A stretch of 38,682 nt of DNA, filler included, from Aduncisulcus paluster (taxonomy: Eukaryota): assembly GCA_024181965.1 (NCBI GenBank). It is 2 parts of 2 records of this genome, joined end to end, with 100 filler letters (N's around TTAATTAATTAA, not from the genome) between each part and the next. Parts side by side here need not be neighbours in the genome. Positions count along the whole stretch, not along the records: positions 20,378 to 38,682 come from BQXS01017728.1; 1 more part is not named here. The stretch is one strand, 5' to 3'. The notes under the pieces were generated by a model that did not search any database, was not told the DNA's origin, and saw nothing but the letters and a program-made list of their open reading frames with translations. A program made the translations under genes and the position numbers. Shown in pieces: positions 30,812 to 38,682 of the stretch (the stretch's first letter is position 1; each line of letters begins with the position of its first letter).

Positions 30812-32668
30812 TCATTTTAAAACTCCGTGGTATATTACTCTTCCTCCACGCACTATCTCAACATTGACATAATCTCCAATCTTTAAGTCACCATCATTTT
30901 CAAAAACAACTTGGAGATTACCTTGAGTTCTGATGGCGCATTTCCCGTCTTTACATATTTCGACAATTCTGGCCCTGTGAATAACATATCCATCGAGATC
31001 TGACCGTTCCAATACACTTTCAACGATATTATTCATTTCTCTGCTCCTTCTCTTCATCTCTTTCCCGCTCAAGGGATTTGGTAAGGTTGCTCCGATGGTT
31101 CCTTTCCTTCTGCTATACCGAGCAGTGTTCACAACCTGAGGCCGTAATAGTTTTAGAAGTTCTTTGGATTGTTCATGACTTCCCTCAGACTCTCCAGTAA
31201 ATCCGACAATAATATCCGTGGAAAGAACAATAGTCTCACGATGCAGAGAGGAAGAGCTAATCATATGGTCATATGAGGACATATATGAAGGTTCCAAATT
31301 AGAACTTTTCTGTGTCTTGAGAAAGTCAACCAAAGAAGAAGAGGTCAAAGAGAATGAGGCCTCTTCATGAGGAGTGAGCCTTGCGGATTCTGTTGACGGT
31401 CCAGTGACAATTGGTATCAGAGGAGAAAGTGATTGAGAAGCATTGTATTTATGTACAACATCATCAAGAGATGGGACAATTGAAGAGGATGCCATGGTAC
31501 TGGTAGTATCTAACACAATACTTAGATCTTTCAGAGCATTCTTGCGCTGAATAATCCTTTGAGACCATAATTTTTGGAGCAAGGTCCAGGATTCGATGCA
31601 TTTTTCAATTGTATAGTCTCGTTTCATGGCCTTCAATACTTCATTTGAACCACTTTGGTATGGTAAATGGTTGAAACAGAATACACGAGGATCAGAAAGA
31701 ACGTCTGCCCATTCCGATTCAAGTCCAAATATATGTTGGGGATTGGTCATTCCAATTCGAAGCCTACAAGGAGTGTACTCTAATCCAGCAAACTGAGCAA
31801 CTGTCAGGGGTGGGAAACACTTAGTTAGGACAGTGTGAATCAGATGAGGGACTGTAGATTGAGACGCCAGAGGGAAATCCTTGCTCCACGCACCAACATC
31901 TTCCCCAACAAACCATACTTCCACCGCTCCACTCAACACAGCACGACGAACAGCAGATACAATTTGTGTAAGGGGATACGATTGGAGGCGAGAACGAGCG
32001 AATATTGTTTTGCAATACGTACAGTGACCAAGGCATCCGGTTTGGATTGGGATGGGAATAATGAATGGACGGATACCAGAAGTTGGAGCAGTAAGGGGAT
32101 GTAAAGCCTGTTTTAAAGAGGGTTGGAGATGTTGATATGCTCGTTTAGATAATAGTTCACGAGCAGAAGAGGAAAGAGCCTCAGAGCAAGAATCAAACAT
32201 GCGGTGGCATGCAATCAACAAAGAACATAATTCGGGAGGATATATCACTTCTCTTACACCAAGAAATACAACCTTACAATCTAAAATGGCATATTTGATA
32301 TCATTTGGGAAGGAGGAAGGATCTCCTCGTTCCGCTTGAGGAATACACCCACCAATAATGACAAATATTCCCTTTTCTAAACATTTCCTTGCAAGAGAAA
32401 CTGCGTGTGATTCTGATGGATCTTTTACCGTACATGTATTGATTATCACAATATTCGATTCAAAATCAAAATCTGATTCAGCATCATATCCTTTATCTAA
32501 TAAACTCCCAAGCATATATTCGGTATCTGAAACATTATGAGCACATCCAAACGTCTTGATAGTTATTTTAATGCCAGTTTTGTGATGAATGGGCATTGTA
32601 GAAACAAAAGCTCGAGCAAGATCCCATGAAAATTGAATATCATCACTACAATGATCTTCTATATCCAT
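30812..32668 (-). CDS. CDKAL1: Threonylcarbamoyladenosine tRNA methylthiotransferase (CDKAL1/e-MtaB), radical SAM
   Basis: UPF0004 cysteines (TFGCAHNVSD, NTCTVK, GGCIPQ), radical SAM motif GCLGHCTYCKT, RLRIGMTNP, HLPYQSGS, TDIIVGF and a TRAM-like C-terminus. The CxHNxSD and GMTNP motifs point to the CDKAL1 subfamily rather than MiaB or RimO. Confidence 0.9.
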   Translation of the reverse strand: MDIEDHCSDDIQFSWDLARAFVSTMPIHHKTGIKITIKTFGCAHNVSDTEYMLGSLLDKGYDAESDFDFESNIVIINTCTVKDPSESHAVSLARKCLEKGIFVIIGGCIPQAERGDPSSFPNDIKYAILDCKVVFLGVREVIYPPELCSLLIACHRMFDSCSEALSSSARELLSKRAYQHLQPSLKQALHPLTAPTSGIRPFIIPIPIQTGCLGHCTYCKTIFARSRLQSYPLTQIVSAVRRAVLSGAVEVWFVGEDVGAWSKDFPLASQSTVPHLIHTVLTKCFPPLTVAQFAGLEYTPCRLRIGMTNPQHIFGLESEWADVLSDPRVFCFNHLPYQSGSNEVLKAMKRDYTIEKCIESWTLLQKLWSQRIIQRKNALKDLSIVLDTTSTMASSSIVPSLDDVVHKYNASQSLSPLIPIVTGPSTESARLTPHEEASFSLTSSSLVDFLKTQKSSNLEPSYMSSYDHMISSSSLHRETIVLSTDIIVGFTGESEGSHEQSKELLKLLRPQVVNTARYSRRKGTIGATLPNPLSGKEMKRRSREMNNIVESVLERSDLDGYVIHRARIVEICKDGKCAIRTQGNLQVVFENDGDLKIGDYVNVEIVRGGRVIYHGVLK

Positions 32669-33083
32669 TTTAAATAATATCAGAATATAAAAAGCTCTTG
32701 ATCAACCCAAAAAAGAGATTGCCTGATTTTGTTTTTTTTGTTTTTTATAGGATCATGATAGCTGCATTAAAAAAGGTTTTATGCTAAAATCAATCCATTT
32801 TGTGGAGGAAAATAACAATTTTGACCTGTTTTTTTTCTTTCTTCCTTGGTGAACTCTCGTGTTCCCTGTATTGAATGTTTTAGAACACATATTTTCCTTT
32901 CACTTATTTGATTTGAATTGATTTTTTGGATAATATTTGTTCTGTTCGTTGTTCTATTGGTTCTGATCTCCCATTTTGTCAATCTCACCTTCATCCAGCA
33001 TTGATTCTTTGATACCATTTTGTCACTTTCCTTGAGTATATTTTACTTTTTATATTATTTTAAGGCACTATTATCATCTTGTT

Positions 33084-35156
33084 ATGTCATTTGAACCTAT
33101 TCTACGGTATTTTCTTGAACCTTTCTCAATAACATTCTTTGAAACGTTTAGAACACTCCGCCGTGGTGTAGTTAAGCAATTAAATAATCTATTAAAACTT
33201 TCTCAAACTGATATTTCCCCTGAAGATCTATTTTCTCACATTAAATCCAATTATGAATTTTGTTTGAAGCTTCTTGAGGAATTTTATCAGATTGTTGAGG
33301 ATATCACAAGTACCATTGGGTATTACTTAAGTGTCTATGATATTAGTAACTCAAAGATTATTGAAAAATGTCATGATATTTGTGATATTCCCAACAATCT
33401 CATTCACTCTCCTGTTTCCTTTTCTTCATTAATAGTTAACTCACTTGCCTTTGAATACTTAATTCGAGTTATTGATGACCCGGATTGTATTACTAGAATT
33501 CTCATTTCTCTTCAACAAAACGGGTTGACTCCTCTTGTCTCCATTCATGCTTACCTGAAACGAGCTACATTGCAAAAACAATTGCTCAAGGGCAAAATAT
33601 CTGAAGCCAAAAAGTTCTGTGAAATTCATTCGATTGCTCCGGTGCTCAAGGAGAGAATGCTGATGAAAGAACGGCTTGTTACCCTTTCGTCCTTGCCTAG
33701 ATCCTCCTCAAGTATATCCTCTTCTTCTTCCTCCTCTGCTTCAATGTCTGCTTCTTCAACGGTGTCTTCGACCTACTTCTCTCAATTGGGTCGGGGTCAA
33801 GAAAAAGAAAAGGAAAAACATCGGCATCGAACTGGGGGTCGGTTTTCTCAATTATCAGGGGCTAGCAAAACGAGAGAAATGGAGGAATTTTTGAAGAAAA
33901 AAGAAGGAGAAATCATTAAATCAACTTTAGATCTTCGAACTTCCAAGAAACACGAATTTCCTGGCCGACTGTCCCTGTCTCACATTCATTCCTCACGCAG
34001 ATATTCTTCAGGAGTTTCAAGCAAATCTCTCACATCCAGACCAAATGGTACCGATTTATGTGAAATTCTGACCTCTGATATGCTCAAAAAGGATAAGTCA
34101 CTCCCTCGTGAAGTTTTGATGCTTGCTTGCGATTCTCAACGAAAAGTTCACTCTTCATCCTCCGGGTCAATATTACACACATTTGGAGATACCTATTCAT
34201 ATCATATTTATAAACCTGAGTTAACGTGGAGCCAATTCTCAGACTCTTTCTCAGAGGAGTTCCTAAAATATGCCGGGGTTACATCAGTGTCAGCACTCGA
34301 ACAACTTATTGCTGCTGGAGTTATCGGTTTTCGAACTCCTACATGTGTTCATTTCATGAAAAAGATGAAAGAAGAGAGTGAACAATGTGTTTCTCCTTCA
34401 TCGCTGGAACCTGTTATGAAATCCGACTGTGAAGGCTATCATGGCTTGAACCATTCCAGACACACATTATCTGAAGGTGATGTTGACATTCATTACCATG
34501 TCGATCGATTTCAATACCATCCTTCCATCCCTTCGAGGTCAGACTCCTATGTTGTGTCCGACCGTGATGAGCATCGCACCTCAGTTCGTGCATATGGGCC
34601 ATCAACCATACCACCACATCGTGGCGATGAAGAATCTGAAGTCGTGTCCCATGCCGAAGATCTTGTGACTACTGGAGAAGTTGAACATTTGAGGATGGGT
34701 GTACATCGAGAAGAAGGGCATGAAGGAGAATCATATGGCAGAGCTACAGGTGATGGAGAGGGTCGATCAATTGAACTGATTCCAACTCCAGTGGGATCCT
34801 ATGATGGGGATGAAGAAACAGAGCGTTGTGGGATTCCTCCTTCACAGGTTGCAGGTGGATCTGATGAGTCTTGGAAAACTCACTCCTTCCCTCGCTTGTG
34901 TCCTGCATGCGTTCTTCAGGGTCTTCTTCCGCAGCTTCCTTTTTTGAACCACAAAACATCCTTGATTTGCTCCATTTCTGGACAGACTCTGGGGAGTGAC
35001 AACGAACCTTACTTACTTCCTAATGGGTGTATTGTTGGTGGAAAAACACTCGAAGAGGTTGAAGCGAAGACAGTTGGGGATGAATTATGTCTTGAGGTTA
35101 ATGGAATTGAGATATTTGTGACCAAAGAAGAACTTAAAAAGATTTTCGTAATTTGA
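33084..35156 (+). CDS. MAEA: GID/CTLH complex RING-like subunit MAEA/Gid9(Fyv10)
   Basis: C-terminal IAAGVIGFRTPTC...CPAC...LPF...LICSISGQTL...EPYLLPNGCIVG...KKIFVI matches the MAEA/Fyv10 degenerate RING. LisH/CTLH-like segments occur upstream. Confidence 0.75.
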   Translation: MSFEPILRYFLEPFSITFFETFRTLRRGVVKQLNNLLKLSQTDISPEDLFSHIKSNYEFCLKLLEEFYQIVEDITSTIGYYLSVYDISNSKIIEKCHDICDIPNNLIHSPVSFSSLIVNSLAFEYLIRVIDDPDCITRILISLQQNGLTPLVSIHAYLKRATLQKQLLKGKISEAKKFCEIHSIAPVLKERMLMKERLVTLSSLPRSSSSISSSSSSSASMSASSTVSSTYFSQLGRGQEKEKEKHRHRTGGRFSQLSGASKTREMEEFLKKKEGEIIKSTLDLRTSKKHEFPGRLSLSHIHSSRRYSSGVSSKSLTSRPNGTDLCEILTSDMLKKDKSLPREVLMLACDSQRKVHSSSSGSILHTFGDTYSYHIYKPELTWSQFSDSFSEEFLKYAGVTSVSALEQLIAAGVIGFRTPTCVHFMKKMKEESEQCVSPSSLEPVMKSDCEGYHGLNHSRHTLSEGDVDIHYHVDRFQYHPSIPSRSDSYVVSDRDEHRTSVRAYGPSTIPPHRGDEESEVVSHAEDLVTTGEVEHLRMGVHREEGHEGESYGRATGDGEGRSIELIPTPVGSYDGDEETERCGIPPSQVAGGSDESWKTHSFPRLCPACVLQGLLPQLPFLNHKTSLICSISGQTLGSDNEPYLLPNGCIVGGKTLEEVEAKTVGDELCLEVNGIEIFVTKEELKKIFVI

Positions 35157-35409
35157 TTTCGATACAGATATAATAATCGTAAATTGTGTTTTGTCATCTC
35201 TGATTTTATATTCATTTTCATTCTATTCTTCTATTTTTATACATTTGAGAAGAATATGAGTGCACACAACTCATCATTTGACTCATGAGTCTCATGAGTA
35301 AAATCAATATCAATTTAAGATTTATTTGATTTTATTGAACTTGCAAAACTTTATTTCGTCTATTATGATGAATTATAATAATGATTACTAAATAATGATT
35401 ACTAAATAA

Positions 35410-36924
35410 TCATTTCTCATACACAGATCCAATCCAGAAATAATCTTTTCCACACTGTACACCAATGGCACTTTCTTCTCCCTGAACAAATGATACTTCA
35501 CAGCCTCTTTTTAATGTTTGAGCCTTGAGGGTGTCTCTTTCTCCTCTCCCTGTTCCCCAAGTTGGATTATGCTCGGCTTTGACATCTATTTTACGGTAAC
35601 TATCCCGATTCCATGCGTAGACGTGTCTAGCTTGAACAATAAACAAACTCGACAAAAGATATTTCACACCAAGTATGAGACTTTCGTGTTGAATAACTTT
35701 CTTCAGCTCAAATCTCTTCACATCCCATTCCCACACAACGGATGGAGCATCGTGGGAGAGGGAGACAATTCGCTCAGAAGAGGGGCTCCAGCAAAGTTGT
35801 CTCACACCGGCGCTACCGATAATACCGTCTGTAACCGGGGTGGTAATCCTTGATAGGGTGGATATCTTGGGGGGTTTCACAACTGTTGGTACCTCGGTCT
35901 CTGCATCACCACCTTCTCTTCGTTTAGAGAGGGAAAAGGGAGTTGCGATACTCTTTAGAGTGCCACTTTTCTCCTGATAGAACAACCGACATGAAGGCTG
36001 AGCATCTGTGTGGTAGAGAACTGCAATTTCTGCCAAGAATGTTGGAGACAAGACTAATACTATTCCACCATATGTTCCAAAGGCGACAGCATCCTGTGAA
36101 GGTGCAACTGCTATGCACGAAACACCAAGCTCGGAGCTTCGATCAACTGTGGCAATACACTCACCAGTCTGGCCATTAAATGAAGCAATTCGAAGCGATG
36201 TTGGACAGTCCCACATTGTGATGTTCTCATCATCATGAAACATGCATCCATTTATCGTCGATTGAGAAAATGGAACTGAAACACGAAATAGACGGTTGCT
36301 ATCTGAAGAATCCGCAATTTGATCTTCAATTGCATGCTCAGGGCTGCCAGTTGCTGGGAGAGAGAAAACACAGAGGAAATCATGACCGTCATGACGCTCA
36401 ACAACACACAATCTGGTCCCAGTGGAATTAAAGGCACATGCATTTGTTGAGGTTGGAGTTGGGGATGTGAGAATTGGCTTTGAATACCCGGGGAACCAAA
36501 CAGCAACTTCTAAGCAAAATTCTGAAACAACACAAATTCTTGTGCCTGATGGATCAAGGAAAGCGTGGGAGATCCCAGCAACTGGATCTGATAATCTAAA
36601 TAATTCGGTGTCGGTTTCAACAGAATGAAGGTGAATAACATTTGTTTTTGGAATAGTTGTAATTTCAGAGCTTTCTTCAGCAATGTATAATAATTGATTA
36701 TCATCTTTGGACCATTCAATCATTTTGACATCTCCAATGACACAAATTGCTAATTTAATGGGAAATGGAGATTTTGTACTCCTAATTGTAATTTGTCTTC
36801 CGCTTTCAACGTGTGCAACAAAAGAGCCGGAATGAGAGAGAGAGAAAACACCACTGCGGGCCTTATGAGCTGTGCTTTCAGAAAATATTATATTCTTTTT
36901 TTCATCAATTGGAAAATTCCACAT
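35410..36924 (-). CDS. WRAP73: WD40 protein WRAP73/WDR8 (centriole/basal body associated)
   Basis: RLSDPVAGISHAFLDPSGTRICVVSEFCLEVAVW, VVERHDGHDFLCVF, LGVSCIAVAPSQDAVAFGTYGG and APSVVWEWD align by eye to conserved WRAP73 blocks. Confidence 0.78.
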   Translation of the reverse strand: MWNFPIDEKKNIIFSESTAHKARSGVFSLSHSGSFVAHVESGRQITIRSTKSPFPIKLAICVIGDVKMIEWSKDDNQLLYIAEESSEITTIPKTNVIHLHSVETDTELFRLSDPVAGISHAFLDPSGTRICVVSEFCLEVAVWFPGYSKPILTSPTPTSTNACAFNSTGTRLCVVERHDGHDFLCVFSLPATGSPEHAIEDQIADSSDSNRLFRVSVPFSQSTINGCMFHDDENITMWDCPTSLRIASFNGQTGECIATVDRSSELGVSCIAVAPSQDAVAFGTYGGIVLVLSPTFLAEIAVLYHTDAQPSCRLFYQEKSGTLKSIATPFSLSKRREGGDAETEVPTVVKPPKISTLSRITTPVTDGIIGSAGVRQLCWSPSSERIVSLSHDAPSVVWEWDVKRFELKKVIQHESLILGVKYLLSSLFIVQARHVYAWNRDSYRKIDVKAEHNPTWGTGRGERDTLKAQTLKRGCEVSFVQGEESAIGVQCGKDYFWIGSVYEK

Positions 36925-37217
36925 ATATATTACCCTTATTATCGAAAAAACCGAAGTTTTACCAATTTCATATTTCTGGGGATGGTAATTAGCTATTTGT
37001 TATGATATTGATGCATATATCTGTTTTATATGCTGATTTTTTTGCATCGTTATATAAAATATATTTTGAAAGAGGAGATAACTGTAGGACCTAGGAAATG
37101 GAACTTATATTTATTTATGGTCCATTTATCAAAAATACTCTGGATTTAAATGTAATTTTATCAATGATATAATCTAGAATCCAATTTTGCTTAAAAAAAA
37201 TCGAATTTGCTTCGAAA

Positions 37218-37881
37218 ATGGCAAAGAAAACAAAGAAAACTCAGGTTAAACACAAAATTATAACAAAAGAATTTGTTTCAAAGTATGTTACTCCCATTTT
37301 TTTGTTCTTAAGGTTTTCTGCTCTTGATTATTTATCCAATCCATTTTTATAGAGGTATGAGTCAGGGAAAGAAACCGAAAACAAAGAAAATTTCAAAATT
37401 AAAGAAAGATGAACTAAAAATAATCGAAGATATTCCCGCTTCTCTTTACTTATCTCATAATACAGCTCTTCGTCCTCCATACCAAGTATTAGTGGACACA
37501 TCCTTTTTAAATGCTTCAATTAGACAAAAAGTGGATTTATTTGAAGGAATGACAAGTTGTTTATTTGCTAAATGTGTTCCTCACATCACTGATTGTGTGA
37601 TGTGTGAGTTGGAAAAATATGGGAGGAAATTTTCATTATCATTGAAAATTGCAAAAGATCCAAGAATTGAAAGAATGAAATGTACTCATACAACTCAAAA
37701 AGGATATGCAGATGACTGCATAGTCAATACTGTAAAGAGGCATCGTTGTTTTATCGTCGCCACAAATGATAAAGAATTACGGCAAAGATTGAGGAAGATT
37801 CCTGGAGTTCCTATTATGTATGTTTCTCAATACCAATACAAAGTTGAAAGATTGCCGGAAGACTATTCCCAATACATGTGA
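37218..37881 (+). CDS. FCF1: rRNA-processing PIN nuclease FCF1/Utp24, two exons (37218-37282, 37353-37881), 197 aa
   Basis: HNTALRPPYQVLVDTSF, CLFAKC.P.ITDCVMCELEK, YADDCIV and VATNDKELRQRLRKIPGVPIMY. The spliced N-terminus MAKKTKKT resembles the usual basic FCF1 start. Confidence 0.95.
37283..37352 (+). other. Spliceosomal intron, 70 nt, phase 2
   Basis: GTATGTTA...TTTTTATAG. Removing it joins ATG 37218 in frame to the FCF1 ORF (AA|A = Lys). Confidence 0.87.
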
Positions 37882-38682
37882 CTCATTAATGTTTTATTCT
37901 ATACCCGAGGAACCGCTCAATAGAGGCTGCAACTAATATTTGAGAGATATCTCAATGAGATATATATTCATGAAATCCACAAAGTGAAATAATTATGTGT
38001 AACCATTGATGTTAGATGGTCCTAATGTGAGATTTTTGCACATTTATCCATTCATTTCTTTGACACTCAACTTGCCAATCTCTCTTGGAACGTTGGAAAG
38101 AATGCCAATAACATCAATTTAAAGCATTATAAAACAAAACAAATGAAAACTAGGTATTGATTCTCCTTAAATAAAGTGTGAGAAAAGTCAAAAAAAGTCA
38201 TTGACATTTCCAAAAAATCATGTCAAGATCATGTCAAGTGGGAAAAGTGGATAACCAAAAACATTCCCCTTTTTGTTTACGATTCCCAACTTTTGTCGCA
38301 TCAACATTGCATTTTTGTTAGGAATATTTCAAAATGATGGAAGAATTGGAACAAATGATCGCTTTCGGAAAACTCTATGAGAATTGGTACCAGAAACACT
38401 TCTCAATGAAGCATAAGTAAGCTTGAATTCTCGCATACTAACTCGCTTTGATAATTGGATTTATATGAAACACTCGCAACTTTGTGTATTGAATTGTCTA
38501 AGGAAGTTTCATTTATGAAGAGAGAAAAACTCCTTGAGCATATTAAAAAATAACAAACGTCATAAATAATAAAACAAAAACAAAACATTTTCGAAAAGGG
38601 GAACATATATAAACACTGAGAATGAATTGCAAAAAGTGAAAAGAAGATCATTCCTGACAGCCTTAACAACAGACTAACATGA

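Noticed and set aside
35377..35410. AATAATGATTACTA tandem repeat (about 2.5 copies)
   Set aside because: A tiny AT-rich slippage duplication with no further support.
38044..38118. Minus-strand peptide VPREIGKL resembling a leucine-rich repeat; possible TAA/TAG reassignment
   Set aside because: It is a single short match bounded by stops. Conserved genes in the window end in TAA, TAG and TGA at the expected positions, so the code is standard.
1..38682. CRISPR arrays, operons or prokaryotic defence systems
   Set aside because: There is no repeat-spacer array; the genes are eukaryotic housekeeping types with spliceosomal introns.

Overview
This is eukaryotic DNA: a gene-dense, AT-rich, intron-poor draft scaffold from a protist using the standard genetic code (TAA, TAG and TGA all act as stops). 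Gene content and divergence suggest a flagellated excavate, possibly a free-living metamonad/fornicate, but that is inference only. The window holds about 18 protein-coding loci. Recognisable ones are a P4-ATPase 3' end, a CIPK-like kinase, a charged-repeat WD40 protein, V-ATPase subunits B and d, a probable Sam50, RRP36, an SH3_15/KEG-repeat protein, a J-domain protein, a shortened SF3B1, DONSON, an ENT transporter, CDKAL1/e-MtaB, MAEA/Gid9, WRAP73 and FCF1. It also holds one tRNA-Ala(TGC), two well-supported short GT-AG introns and a fragment of a CRE-like non-LTR retrotransposon. Several oddities look like assembly artefacts: N gaps, an artificial 100-nt six-frame-stop spacer at 20278-20377, and three 216-307 bp tandem duplications that break genes. 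I see no convincing new multi-gene system. The best leads are an unannotated structured RNA candidate (about 30593-30750), divergent Sam50 and DONSON homologues, an SF3B1 missing large parts alongside introns with no obvious branch point, and a NAF-domain kinase. All homology calls come from motif recognition by eye, not from database searches.
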